A stretch of 64,000 nt of DNA from Phoronis australis (GCA_002633005.1 NMRA01000002.1:951278-1015277); one strand, 5' to 3'. Counted from the stretch's first letter, positions 11,211-25,351 are shown. Translations and numbers: made by a program. Notes: a model not told the origin generated them from the letters alone.

Positions 11211-13575
11211 ACTAGTGGTGATTGAATTGCGCATGCGTCGCTGTCTGCATGTAAACAGCTGGTAAAAAGACGGAATTGTTATCAGAATACGTCGTCGCGC
11301 TAAGCCTTATTATTGCTGTTTTCCCGGGTGCAAATCTTCAACAGGTGGTCACAAATTCCCAAAAGACCTAAGGTTACTACAGGCGAGGAGAATTGCGGTC
11401 AAAAGGGTCAACCAAGTGACAAAAAGTGTGTGGAAACCGAAGCCTCACGACCCGTGTCTGTGCATTATGCATTTCCATTGAGAGAATACATAATCACGTT
11501 TCTTGGTAAGTTTTTAGCAATTAAGTTTCTATGGACATAGCCCACTGATGTTATCCCCACCAGTTACCCCACTAAATAATGGGTCTATTCAGTGGAACTA
11601 CGTGTTTGTCTTCAGAAACTCGCCCGGGACCCGGATGGTAGGCTAACAGCACATATCCACATATTGCCCTGGGTGGGAGTGCTCCCAATGTAAGAGGTGT
11701 ATGGGACGTGCCTCTCAGAAGTCAAGGGTGATTTTTCACAGCAGTTACTTTAAAAAACTATGCTATGTCCAATAAAACTCTCTAGATGAGTGAGTTTCCT
11801 TATTTTATAGCGGACCCCACCCCCAGGAGTAACTTATCATAGTTACCCAACTAAAATGAATGAGCTGTTCTGACAGTAAATTCGTAACACGCATTGGAAT
11901 AAATATTGATGCCTAGAATGAATTTTATTTGTTGAGATCATAAACACATTTTAGGTGACATGAAAAGTACACATTCTTAAATCACTTTTAGCCTGTTTCA
12001 CATATTTTAATTCAAATCTTAAATAAGGCTTGGGTACAAAGATTATTAGTTTCTACATATAAACATGAAGATGAACTGTCAAGTAAGTTCTGGTTTACAA
12101 AAGTAGTTTTGTCTTGTGTTTTCTTTTATAATTTGCTGATATTTCTCCGGGTATTCTGTTACAGGGGAGAGAAAACGAATGAAACTAGCCGCTTTACTGT
12201 CTATTTACCTTTCGACAAAATGAAAAGCAGTGTCCTTCAGCAATAACCCGAGGGAATTGAACCTCTCAATTTTAGAAAGTCAGCCCTTGCAATGGGAAAT
12301 TTACAATTGTTTTTAACAAATAATGTTGTACCGTTGTATGTATGTGGTTGTTCAGTTTGCCATTTCGTTTTTAAATACACTGATAATTGTTTATTCTCAA
12401 ATCTTGTGCATAGCAGATTCTTATCCAGCTAGCAACAATTGAAAGCATACTTTGCTTGCAAGTGGAACTTTTGTTATAGACAAGTTAACACAAACTTAAA
12501 ACTGTTCAAAGGCCTTCTTAAGAAAGCTCTAAGAATAAATTCACACATAAACAAATCAACTGCAATTAAAAGGAATACTTCGTTTTGATCGCCGGATATT
12601 TCTATAGGTCAACAGGAAAATGACAATTCGCAAGCGTAATCAGTAATCACTTCAGCTTTATAAAGAAGCAGCACAGCTGCACTGTATGGGGTTTTAAACT
12701 GAAGAAATATTGTGGTTTGAATAATTAGTGACGTCACTCACTACTAAGAAAACATAATATACGTATATATATATTTTTTGGTTATGAGTCATCGGGAAAT
12801 TCGAGCGCCTATGATTTCACCATGTACCTGTATTTATAGGCCACAGGAGGCCTAGAAAACCACTTCTGTGACCACTTTAGAGGGGCAATTTAATTCAGGT
12901 GTTTTTGATGTCACAAATCATTGTGCTTCACGAATCAAGAAAGTTTTCGCGTTTACAATTGCACATTTTTGTGAAATTTGATGTCAAAATTGTGCCAATT
13001 CAGCAAATTCTACATGGAATTAAAAATGTTAGAAAAGAAGAAAGGTATGTGCCCATAAAGTATGATACTGCAGAAAATATTTCTACTGGCTATATTAAGT
13101 CATGATAAACACATACTTTGTTATATTTTTCAATTAAAATGTAGAATTATGGAAGAAATATGAATTTATGGATGCCACCTGTTGGCGCAATTTGGAACTA
13201 GCATTCATAGTGTTTTATGCTGTTTTTAGTGTTGGTAAAACTAAAATTATCAAACTGACTAGGCTCCATCTTTATTTTATCACACGTTTACTAATCTGTC
13301 AAGATACAAAAACAATCATTGCTACAAGTCCAAATCATACAATTTGTCAAAAAATGGAGACAAAAAGTATAGAATAACAACAAATGCAGTCGGATGAAGA
13401 ACAAAAGGCCGAGAAATTAGCACGATAAAAAGCCATTATTAGATACGTACATATGAAAATAGAAAAATGTTTCACAAATCACCAGGCTCACTGAGCCAGT
13501 TACTAGCCTGGTTTCTGTCTCTTGAGAAGATGTCTTTCCAAGTTCCTCCGGCTGGGATGCAAGTCCATCCCACTG

Positions 13576-13667
13576 TTACTCATCATCTGACTCAATTTCA
13601 TCACTCACGTTGACATTCTCACAGTTTTGGCAGTTGCACATTTTAATGCATTTACACAAGAACAAAT
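13576..13667 (-). pseudogene. Cys-rich zinc finger plus acidic tail remnant, resembling a transposon-protein C-terminus (AcademX-like)
   Basis: ICSCV/(frameshift)KCIKMCNCQNCENVNVSDEIESDDE*, i.e. CxC...CxxxCxCxxCxN followed by an acidic tail and stop. Confidence 0.5.
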
Positions 13668-13819
13668 GTTTGTTTAACAACAATTCACTCTGATTCCGTT
13701 TTGGACTAAGGAATTGTAGAATAGGGTAAGTTTTCTGTAATTTCGATCTGAGATTTTATTAAAGGGCTCGCGAAATCGAGGCTGCTTAATCTATCACCAA
13801 TAGTTCACGCGCGCCCTCT

Positions 13820-14155
13820 AGTAATGCAAAGGTGGTCGAATAGCCCCATTGCCGATTTATCACTGAAGGTTTCGTAATGGTCTGGGTATGTGTGGAGTTA
13901 TTAATGTCGTGACCTTCCGCGACGAATTACATTGACAGTAGGCATCGGCTTTTTGGGAACATTTTTGTGCTTTGATCGCGAATTTGTTGCAAACACGCTG
14001 GAGCAGGGCACCATAAATGCTACCATAAGAAATAGCAATTACTCGTGATTTGTTGGACCCGTTTCGTGTACATTTATTGAGTTTTGTGTTTGATATGGGC
14101 GGCTAAAGTGAAGCACCCGTGGAATTCCTAATCCCGAGTGCCATATCTTGTGGTA
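13820..14155 (+). repeat. Dispersed repeat, longest copy of the 10.6-11.2 kb family
   Basis: Contains gtcgaatagccccatt, atttattgagttttgtgtttga and tgaagcacccgtggaatt, shared with the other copies. Confidence 0.75.
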
Positions 14156-15143
14156 GCCATACCAGTATTGCATGTGGTAAAACTTATGAGCTACGCTCTA
14201 GAAATAACCCGTTGATAACAAATTATGTGCTCTTGGAAGTTGTGGGCATTCTCGAACTTTTTGTCACCAATTTACATCAGGATTCCCAAAAAGCCCTCGA
14301 TCGCTTCACTTCACTGTCACTAGTTGACTGTGGGCTTAATTTAAAAGGTAGGATGCTCTGTGATTGTGCGTGGATGGAGAGAGACTGATTAAATCCAATA
14401 ATTAATTTATTATTTAATAATCATTACTCAATGCAAGTGAAACCCGTTGATATTCAAGTACACTAACAACGAGGCCGAACGAAAGGACTGGAAAACAAGT
14501 GCATTGAACAATTTAAAGTTAATAAAGTGAAAAGACTTCTACAGATTTCGAATGGAGTATTTTGTGGTTGAGACTAGAACCATAGCACACACTAGACGTC
14601 TACGTTCTAATCTGGTTCTTGATTGGTCGTAGAGATGACGTAGATCAACTTAGCAACGAAGACAGGCCCTCCCAACAAGGGTTCCCTCATCACAATATTT
14701 TCCTTTTATTTTTACGTTGATGTCCTCTGGGAACGGCAACATTGACTTTCCAAATAAGAAAGTCAACAGTAAAGAACTTCACTGTACTGTCTGCTTGCAC
14801 AAAGCCGACTGGGCTCTACCAGAGAGCTTTAACGAGGGTATATTTTGTGGTTCCGCTCTAGTCGCGCATGGCGACAGCACGTGATTGACTATAGTAGTGA
14901 TTTACTTTTAAGAGGGCAACTTGGACGCCTTTGTGAAGCCTCGTTTTAGCAGCTAATATCCTTGATGATCAGTCGTATATGGCTCCTCATAAATATTCCA
15001 CATCTGAACGCGGTATTACTGTTGGCGTGTGTGATAGATGTTGGAAGTAATAGTTATTACCAGGACTAACACGGACATACATGTATATTCATGATCGACA
15101 TGTGTTCCGACGATAAATAAACTTTACCACCAGCTATTTTCTA

Positions 15144-15379
15144 CGGAAGCCCACTGGTGCCATTTTGAATTTTTTTATTATCTGGCAGCCGCCACTTAAT
15201 TATCTGGCTGCTGCCACTTAATTGAACGACGTCCGTAGTATCGCTTGTAAGTCGTTCAATCTATTCACTTAACGACAATGAAATGGTGGCTACATAATTA
15301 TCTGGTGACCGCCAGGTAATTATCTGGCCAGATAATAAAATATTTTTCTTCACTTCAAAATGGCATTATTGGGCTTCCG
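15144..15379. mobile_element. 236-bp MITE with TA flanks (Tc1/mariner-type target) and internal attatctgg repeats
   Basis: TA-cggaagcccactggtgccattttgaa ... ttcaaaatggcattattgggcttccg-TA. Confidence 0.8.
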
Positions 15380-18300
15380 TAATTTCCGTTGGTTGGTGAA
15401 ATAAAGGTCATTATCACGAAAACAGTTGGCTAAAGGTATAAAAATGAAAAGAAAATCCAAATTGCATGAGGCAATCATTACCTTATAGGAGTCGTTAACT
15501 GGCCAAAATAGTGACACGTGACAATAACGACCAATTAGAAGGTTAGACATAGACGTCTCTGGAGGGCCAAAGTAGGCCCTGCACCAAAGGAAAATAGTAA
15601 CGATCCGAAAGGGAGAAAAGGGGCGGGGTTTAAAGATTGACAAGTCAGTATGCTCAAGCAAATACATACGTAGCGAATGAAATACAGTTCCTCCAAAAAC
15701 CCTTTGCACAAAATAAACTTTATTGGAATGTTGCGTTTGTATTCTGTGATTTTAATAAACTCAAAGTGTAATCAAAGGTCAATGCAGGGGTTTTAAGGCA
15801 TGGCATGAAGTTTCAAACGTCTTCTTTGCGTGTACGGAATGCGTATCGGTAAAGAAACTTTGCGTTTCTTTTAACAACGCGTTTACTTGTACACGGTGGC
15901 CGTAAGAATACAGATTATGCAGTTTGCGTACTAACATGTGACAAGATCTAGCAATAGCGATGAGACCCTGGGAGTTCATGGTTTCTTACTAACTGTTAGA
16001 AAAGGATTCGATGGCTTTCAAACTTATAAACCGAGTTATAAATGACATTTAATTAAAACGATAAGAGCCTTGATAGTGAGTACATTAACTCTATTTAACC
16101 TATTTTGTCGTAAAATGAGTCTTGAAAATGGGATAGATCGTCTGCGCATAAAGCTACAGCAGGCAAACACATGCGGTAATTTCCCACCTATTTCGCACAG
16201 TCACGTCCTTGCGTATTTCCAAATTAATTGGATATAGTTTTTTGCATCTCCGTGGGGTAAACTTTCATCTAAAATTACCAATATTTGCGGTAGTTCTCTC
16301 CACATGAACCGCATTGCTATTCTTCAGAATTCATGCTCCATTCTCAACCGCGTTTTCACGTCTGACAGAAGGTACTTCAGTATCATATCTACATCGACTG
16401 TGAAACTGCCTTTAAAATTCCGAGTAATAAAGAGTTGCTAAAACAAGAACGAAGACAATTATTCTTTTTACCTGTACTTAGCATGTATGATACAACTTTT
16501 TCGAATACATCTCAATAATTCACACTCGCAAAAATAAAAACGGTTAGGCTTTAGAATATTTTTTTCTAAAACATTTAAGTCTTTCTCGATGTTTCAAAGT
16601 TGTAAAATTTCAGTTATCGTTCAAAACACTGTTAAAATGCTTACCTCACAGAAAAGTACATGTTAATCTCGTATATTGAAGTTGGAGGGAACTACAAAAC
16701 ACAAAACGGATATTAAATTAGGCCTTAAAGAGAACCTTGAATGCTAAAATACATTAAGTTCTACACTGTTGAAAGCACTATTCTGACCACATCGAAGTCA
16801 CCATTGCCAGTGCAAACACCAGTTAGGCTATTCGCATGACTGTCTCTACGTCCTCACGAGAGACCTCTGTTGATTCAAACGGTGACTAACAACACAATCT
16901 CGTTAGGGTGTTTTAGTCAATCTTTTGTGGTAACCGCGGCCGATACATTCGTGTCAGTACTTCTACCGCTAGTACAGGCGCATGTTCAGAAACTACTTCT
17001 TAAAAAGTTTGCAGTACGCAGTGCAACCGACAGTTTACTGTTACATTAAAGATTCTAATAAAAGCCGTGCGTTTGTTATTCTATTTCCCGGCCTCATCTG
17101 AGTGAGAACGTCGTTTCTCATAGCGATAGTCTAGAACAACGAAGACAAAGAGTCTTGATGTTTATTAATTTCAGCCACTCAATCTTTAGCATTTAGCAAC
17201 CCGCGGGCTCTAATGGAAAACTGACTTCTGTTAGTCGTTTTACGTTTCTGCAAGTGTCTTAATTTGATCGCGTCTTGGTAAATTTGCTTTAAACAGAGCG
17301 ACGATAACAGGTTACTCGGTATTATTTTTATATCCATTTACATCTTAACACGTCAATAATATTACCTTTCACCAGTTTTATTACATGCATGTAAGTCATT
17401 AAATGAGACTATGAAAAACCCGAGGTTTAGACTTGCCTTGCAGACAACAGCTGTCTGCCGCTGATTGGTTGATCATGATTTACGTCATGTGTGAAATTTC
17501 CGTTTTGTTCTGCTGTTTGCTGCCCTGTTTTGATGAAATTAAATGGGTTGCAAACAACAGAACGCCGGCAAACGAAGCAGAAGCACCCACACCTTAAACG
17601 CTGTCGTTCTTAGCCTCGTCTTCGTATTACACGACGTAATTTATGGGGATTTTAATTGGGTTTATTGCGTGTTTGCCAAATCTGAAGAACAAAGATGTGA
17701 TGGATTTATGTTATGTGTTTATTAAAAAGTTGAGCAAGGCCTTTAAAGGTTTTTGAGAACACTGGCAGTACATATGAAAAAGGTGTTGAAAAAACGAATA
17801 ATTGAATTTTTAATTCTTATATAATGACTCGAAAACACGCCGTACATGTAATTAGAATGTTTCACAGTTTAAAGACTATCATGGAAACAAGATCAGCCTT
17901 TCCAACTACCTTGACGCCACTTTTCCCCTGACACAGAAATTATTTTTTTTTGAACATGAATATGTACTGTTTCACGTTTGTTGCCACCAACTAACACTAA
18001 GTCCAAGAAATAATACATGTACTCCCACAATTTTCAAGTGAAAGCTTACGAAAGTTAGAAAGTCGTATCCATCTACTATGTTACTTTCTTACCCAATCCG
18101 CTTAGTGTGGGCCTAAAGTTATCAGTAATAAAAATTAGCGGGCCCACTATGTCTCAATTTCAATATGAAAACCTACTTCACTCATTCGAGTAAACTGGAG
18201 CTTTCAGATATGAGACACCTACAGAAAATGGAAAACGCATTAAGCTATCAAAACTCACACGAATCGGACATGCGCAAGTCAGACTTTCGTTGAACTCGGC

Positions 18301-21289
18301 TCGGACAAAGTTCTGCAGTGCGGTTGTTGCATGAAATATTTTGGGTATGTTTTATTCTAGCTTTTCAATTTATTTTACAAGTCGTTGTGCATCTCCTTTT
18401 AAGATTTCAGAGCATGACCCAGGCAGACACTCTGGAAATTATGAAAGATATGCCCGCCCAACTCCATCGTCATCGAAGTCGTTCAGCGTCTCTTCCCTCA
18501 TCCGATTGTCACCAGTTTATCTCCTCGTCGCTGGTCGTAACTAGTCTTTGTGTCCTGGTGTGTGCCCTTCGTTGTTACCCCCACTAATGAAGTGCCGGAG
18601 CGGTCCACCCTACCAGGTCACCAGCAAAAATTATGCAAGGTCCTTTGATTTCGAACATCATATCCCAGAAATGATTGATCATATTTTCACTTCTCTTTGA
18701 CGGAATATCAAACATGATGACGCTTATGATTTATGAATGAGAAAATTTCCATGAAACGAAAAATAACGATAATTTAGAAAACTGCCACAACTTCTTTGAG
18801 AATTCATCTTTTATAAAAACGTTATATTAAAATGGTCATATTATTGACAACATTGTTTTTCAATAAATGTACGTTTCTTTTTTGCTTAATCTTACTAAAA
18901 ATTATGGTCACGTGACCCAGTCCACGACAGATTATTATAAATTCTTCAGGCTTTCTACTTTCAGGAAATCTGTATTTTAACTGAATTGAACTGAATGGGT
19001 GTTTTGAGATCGTACAACGTAAAAAGCCTAGAATGAAAGCAAAGCGTAGCGTTCATTTTATGTGATCGGATCAACAACAGTTGGTTTTTGAGATTGAGTG
19101 GTTTATTTAACTCTGCCCATGGCTGTTTGATGCTTTATGTGATCTATCAATCGGTATGTCAACGCGTTTGTGCTAGTAGTGTGTGGAACAGCTGCTTTGA
19201 GCTCTTGGAATGGTATTGGTAATATTCATTATCAGAAGTATTCTCACACCATACTTAATCCTCTCTAAAAGTTGTGAAACATCGATATTAGTGGCAATTC
19301 TGGTGCACGTTTCGTTAAAAGCGGTTCGACATTGATTGTTAGATAACGTCTTTCTGGTTTTCTCGTATTATCTAAAAATACTCCTTTTGTTCGGATAGTA
19401 TCTATGCATTAGCTCCCCTAATGTCACCTGACCCATTGGGCAAAGGTCATCGGGTTCAGTTTTTATACTGACCGCGCAATAGATCCATTTGAAGGACCTT
19501 GAGCTTTATAACAATAAAATGCAGAATTCTCTTTTCAAATTTTCGTTCAAATGGTCTGTAAACTCTGCTTATCATTTGCAAGACAATTTTTAATAAAATG
19601 TAAAAACGAGACAAGATGTATTTTTCTCGGTCATCAAGAATAACTCTTTAGCTGTATGTTCAAAAAGTTACATAAAGCTAGAAGATGCAATATGACGGTA
19701 AGAGGGTCATGAAAATAGCCACTAAAATTAGCTTGGAAAAGTGGTATGTGGATTATCTCCCCTGTTTAGCACAAAATTTTCAAATAATTATGCACGACAT
19801 GCATTGTTTATTTCACCCACCAAATCACAACTTTCAATCTATTTTGTAAGTTACTTATTTTCGTTGATGAAACTATACTTTTGGAGACGGCTAAAATGAC
19901 CAATTGCGGTCTAATGCTCCAGCGGCGAAATTAGGGGTCATTGAGTGCACAGAATGTGGCATTTAGATTTTTGTCAAGATAACTATCCATGCACAAAAAT
20001 GAAGTTGTTTTGAATTTTGACGTATAGATTGATTTTTGAAAATCTACTGGTTTTATTCAGACTGACTCATGTAAAACAATATTTGTTTATCTTTCTCTGT
20101 GTACCTGAAAATAGTGTTATCCTCTGTAACTCTTTCCGTTACACTGTTCTATGATGCACAGATTCAAAATGGTATTTGATAGCCCCCTTTCTTGATCGGA
20201 ACCTGGCGCGAAAGTGAACTCAAAATCTGGTCAACTCTCCCTCTCCCCCCCCCCCTCCCGTTTCCCTATTTGTTGCATCCACCAGTGATTTGTAATATAA
20301 GTGGAAATGAAGACGAACTTTTGTCACATAACAGATTCATCGGCTTAGTTACGCCTTCGGCGTCAACATGCGACGTAATACCGTTATGACACTGCTTGGC
20401 TTATGAAGGCAATACCAAGACAACGGTACATTTTCGCACACGCACAGAACAATGGAGTTGTTAGTAAATATCCATCGGGGAAAATAACTTTCAAAACTGG
20501 GAACTAAATAGGCTAGCACTACTAACACCGTGAAGACAAAGTGAGTTAAGCAATGTTTGTAAGGAACAGGCCCCACCTTTTACTACAGAACCCACCTTGC
20601 TGGCACAGCAATGAAGGGTTTCAGTTAAACAATGTTTTTAATTTCTCACGTCATCCTAAAATTTGACCATTCAGTCCTTCCACCTCAGTGAATAGACAAG
20701 AAGAGCAATGCTTAACAGTTCTTGAGACTTGTCTGTGAGTTACACTTAGTGCCAGTGAATAGAATTCTGTTGAGCTAGCTGTTGAATTGTGGTCTGCTTC
20801 CGGCTACATCTGAGAGGAGTGCCCAGCAAGTTCATCAGCGAAAAGACACTTTCCTTTATGTTTCTATCCTCCGTCGCAAGGGTTTTCGCAATTCTCCTCT
20901 AGTAGAACTTGTTCTAATTCTGTTGAGCCGCAGACGCCGGAAATTGTCTTTTAGTTTTGTGTTTTCAATACGAAAGAGTGAAACATTGCAAAACTAATTG
21001 TAGCAAAACTGTATGTGACACTTGTTTCAAAAGGAAACCATTTTGTGACTTTTCCGGTGTCTGGTGACATCGTGATTAAAATCAGTGGGTTTGGAATCAG
21101 GGCGGACCAGACCTCAGTTAAGAACTGGACCACGCCTAAGCCTGTGAAGAGATATTACCGACAAAAAACAAAACGTACCTTCAATTGTTTGAAGCAAGGT
21201 TGAAAAAGTCAATACGCAAGAAGGAAAAACTCTGTGGTGACCACGGAGTTTCTGGTCTCCCTCCCACTTATGATAAATGCGCTCGCAGT

Positions 21290-22205
21290 CAAATGCTTGA
21301 AGTCGCTTGAGGTCGAAGGTCACATTTTCCTTGTGAAGGCTACGTCTATGACTTGCTATACCAAATAGGGAGATGTGCTTTGCCTTGTGGGAGAAAAATC
21401 GAAATTTGATACTAAAAGAAAATGCTTTGATATCAACAGAAATTAAAAATCTTTGCGAACAAACCCTAAAAATACCTGATGAGCAGGTTGAATTTTGCTT
21501 CAGTAGCAGAGAACCACTTTTGATATTGCAATTTAGTCAGTTTATCCCGCCCCAGTTCTCTTTAAAGATGCAAATAATTTAGGAACTGCCTTTTTCGTCA
21601 CAGAGTGTTGCATTTCTTCTACTAGAATTCAAGTAATATTTTTAATTTGTGGAATCATTGGCTATCGCAGAAACAATCTAAGTTTGCAATTTGCTCCGTT
21701 TAGCTGGCTTTAAAAACGAAAATCAAATCATAGGCTTTATAATGTCATAAAACTAGTCTCTTGATATACTTTACCTCGACAGGGCTCTATTTTCCTTAAC
21801 AACACGAGCGAAATGGGAACCAATGTCTGGTTTTTCTTGTCAATAAAAATCTGTCAGTAATCTTAAAGTGGCATAGAACGTGAAAACAAAGACTAATTGC
21901 ATTATTCAAAGGTAGTTTTCTGCCCCAGAAACAGATGTCAAATTGTTCATCGGGCATTTTTGTAGTTTGTTTGTAGAGATGTTGAGTTTCTGTTAATGTC
22001 AAAGCATTTTTCTTTTAGTTTCAAATTAAGAAAACGCTCTGTCAAGTGCTTAGCATAGCATGACATAGACGTGACACATTTGCCATAGATGGGAAATAGG
22101 GCCTTTGACTTGGTGACTTCAAGCAGTAGCCAATCCAGCTTCTTCTAGGGACGGAGAATTTTTAAAACTGACACAGTAAATATATTTCGTCTGTGTTTCA
22201 AAATT
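21290..22205. repeat. Old diverged inverted-repeat pair (21290-21520 vs 21900-22205)
   Basis: actaaaagaaaatgctttgatatcaacagaaa vs tttctgttaatgtcaaagcatttttcttttagt, and tgcttgaagtc vs gacttcaagca. Confidence 0.7.
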
Positions 22206-22588
22206 ACGGTAAGCATGGATGGCTGTTACGTAATACAAAGAAAACATTTGAACAGAAAGGGATGCCAAACTATGTTAAATTATACAAAGTTAAGAAATAC
22301 AAACGGTGATCTGCATCAACACGACCCAACAAGTTCAGAATGTAACGTAGCGGAACTCTGTTGTCAGCCGGACTCATTGTCCTAACTGTATGTATTTGAA
22401 TGTCAACGCACGGGTCCTGTAATTCATCGAGTGTGCGTGAAACACTTGGGTACTTATAAAAGCTTCGCAAACATGTCGCACACCGTATTTCTAATTTGTA
22501 AGTATGAACGTGGTAACAAACGTCGTGTGATACGCCATTAACTGTGCAGCTTATGATCTTCTACAAAACTGAATTCTTCTGTTTGTAG

Positions 22589-22992
22589 TGCTATTCCTGG
22601 TGGCCAGTGTGTTGACGCTGTTGCTTATCGCAGGCGACAGGTTCTTCGGCGTTGTATTTGCCTTAAAGGCTAGGATCACAGAGCGAAAAGCTATCCCATT
22701 CCTTCTCACAGTTTGGATAATCTCGGTTGCTGTCTCAATCCCTGTATTTGTGTTTCGCATCTACGGTGAAAAAAAATGGAAGAATTATGTGGATAAATTC
22801 TGCGTGGATGATTGGCCCAGTGTGGAAACACGCCGGATTTACTACACGCTCATAGTAGTAGTCCTGTTCATACTTCCTATATGCTTCATGGCGGTGACAT
22901 ACTTCAGCGTAATGAGGACCCTACGAATCAGCGACATCCCGGGAGAACAGATACCATCAGATGTCAACATGCAAAAGAGAGTAAAAAGAAAG
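22589..22992 (+). CDS. Same neuropeptide GPCR, coding exon 2 (TM3 with DRF, TM4, ECL2, TM5, ICL3)
   Basis: Acceptor ttcttctgtttgtAG|TG joins exon 1 in frame (G+TG = Val) across a 19,864-nt intron. Motifs: ASVLTLLLIAGDRF, TM4 W and P, ECL2 Cys (FCVDDWP), TM5 FILP...Y and basic KRVKRK. Phase-0 donor AAG|GTGGGC at 22992/22993. Confidence 0.93.
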
Positions 22993-24534
22993 GTGGGCAC
23001 GGAGTGCATTGTTTTTCGAAATTAACCAATAGCTTACATAGAGTCATCCCTTGTTTAAGCTAAATACTATCTACCTGTATTTAGGTCTATGTGTGTAGTT
23101 TTTTAATAAGACAAATCAAGTTGTGATCCCGGAACTTCTTGTCGTACCCAAAATTGGTTTGAGAACGTAATAAATTATATATTTACTGTTCTTCTTGCAA
23201 ATCATAGATAATGATTTTTACAGAGAAACCTTGTTTGAAAATAAAAGAAGTTACTTGTGCAAGTTTTCAGCTAAACTCTTAAATAACTCATCTTAAATCA
23301 CGAAACACGGACAGCTAAACCAAACATTTTACAAGTGTTCTATTAAAGGCACTATAAACAGTGTTCTGGCGTCAAAAAGCAAATTTCTTCACACACGTAC
23401 AGTATTTGCTCTTCCAAAGTTACGTCAAGGCGCTCTAATCCTTTAAGCCTTAGGATCTGACATTTTTATTTCTATAAGAAGCAAGATGAGATCAATGTGT
23501 CATGTTAAGTTGCCTAAATCCCTGAAAAGTTGTTTTTGACACAGCAAAAGGCGATGGTTTGTTGCTCCTTTATTGACATTTATCTGATTTATCGCCTAGC
23601 TTAAGAAATGTAGGTTCGTTAATGGATCATTTGGAAACAACTTTGTTTAGTTATATTAAAACAGTTGACACACCACGTGTAAACGCGGTTGCATGCTTGT
23701 GAGCATTTTCTACAGTTGCCTGACTTGTGCGAATAATTGAACTACGGCGATGTCGTGTACGTACTACATAAAAGGTTATGTATTATTATGTACGTATAGA
23801 TGTGGGCGTAGTCATGAGGTGAACACAACCAAATTGACGGATGTAATGTCGAATGACCGTGGACTAAGGACTCTGACTGCATTTGATTCAGACTGACGAC
23901 TTATGCCGCGTAATCAGAGTCGGATTTCATGAACTCTGGATTGTATCTGCATGCATACAAATCAGTCAGGAGCGCGTTCCATACTCAATTACTTAAAGTG
24001 GAACGCGAAAAACAGAATAAATTCATTATTCAAAATGGTTCTCTGCCACTAAAACAGAAGTCAAACTGTTTTCGTTTGTCAGGAGCGATAATATCTAGTT
24101 ATAGTGATGCTAACTGGATTTTATTTCTGCTAATTGATACTCGTTTCTGCCTTGTATGTTCCGAAACCAGGAAACCTTTGTACTGTTGTAATTCGTACGT
24201 CATTATTTCGGTTCAGTGTCCGACTCCAGCTTCTGTGCCGGCCGCTGTCATGATCTCAAACTATTTGCGTAGCATCTACATTCCACTTTCTACAATTGAG
24301 CATTGAACGTAAATGTGGATAGCATACATTCCCACAAAATCTTGAACAAGAATAGGCTGATGGAAACTTACTGCAATCACATTCATTGTCTCAGTCACAA
24401 TTTGATGCTGAGGCTCATATTGAATATGTGCCAAACAAGTAGCTGTACGGTCTCAGCAATGGTGCAAGGCAATACACGTTTTGTCCATCAAGTGCATTTA
24501 CACGATGGAGAAACCTTCATCAAATCTCCGTTTC

Positions 24535-24747
24535 TACGACGGATTGTTGCACGATTCTTCAAAATGGGCTGAGCACATCGCTGCCCCAGAGCTGAGCGCT
24601 TGCCCCACCGTGTACTGCCATACCCGTATTCGACGCACCAACTTGTGCCATTCCTGGGCGATATTAGGCGCTTTTAGAAAGGTAAAAACTGAAATTTTAT
24701 TCTGTTCGATTGCTGTTACTGTATCCCCCGTGCATGCAACTTCTCAT
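24535..24747 (-). pseudogene. Degenerate THAP-domain coding remnant (transposon-derived)
   Basis: MRSCMHGGYSNSNRTE/(frameshift)KISVFTFLKAPNIAQEWHKLVRRIRVW...AAMCSAHFEESC retains THAP C, W and C-x-x-H-F; the second Cys and the FP Pro are mutated and stops follow. Confidence 0.75.
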
Positions 24748-25008
24748 AATACTCAGTTGAACTCAGTTTTCGAGACCACTTCGGCTGGCGGCTGGTGTAC
24801 AACAACATAATGGTGGAGACCGGATCCACTTATGACGTCGTTCAAAAAAATTGATTATTTAATTTTTGCGTTTATTTATTGATTAAAGTACACAAATTGA
24901 AAGATAATTACTTAAAATATCGAACCAAAATTGTTAGTAACCGAATTCAGGCATTTATGACCATGACGGGTGTGAAGGAACACGACTTGCCAACTGCTTG
25001 TCACTTCG

Positions 25009-25255
25009 TCGATTTTTCCATACACGGAAAAGCACGTCTTTTTATTTGGTATAGCAAGACAAATACTTAGCACATTTCCTTAAATGAAAAATGTGACCTT
25101 TGACCTTTAATGTATCCAAAACTATGGTAATTTCAAGCAGCAGCCAATTCGACTTCTTTGAGCGCATGCGCGCATATCTATAATTATTAGGGCGGAGAAT
25201 TTGAAAACTGTATTGGGATGAAAGACTTTTTATTTCGTCTGTATTTCAAAATTAT
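25009..25255. repeat. Third copy of the 21.3/22.0-kb repeat family
   Basis: tatttggtatagcaag...aaaatgtgacctt is the reverse complement of 21315-21400; ttcaagcag.agccaat and tatttcgtctgt.tttcaaaatt match 22117-22205. Confidence 0.75.
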
Positions 25256-25351
25256 TGAATCTGACGATTTTTCCTGACATTCTTCCAATAGTCAAAGTGA
25301 ATAACTCTCACGTTAGCATGCCAAGAAGTAGATTCGCCTCGAACTGTTTAA

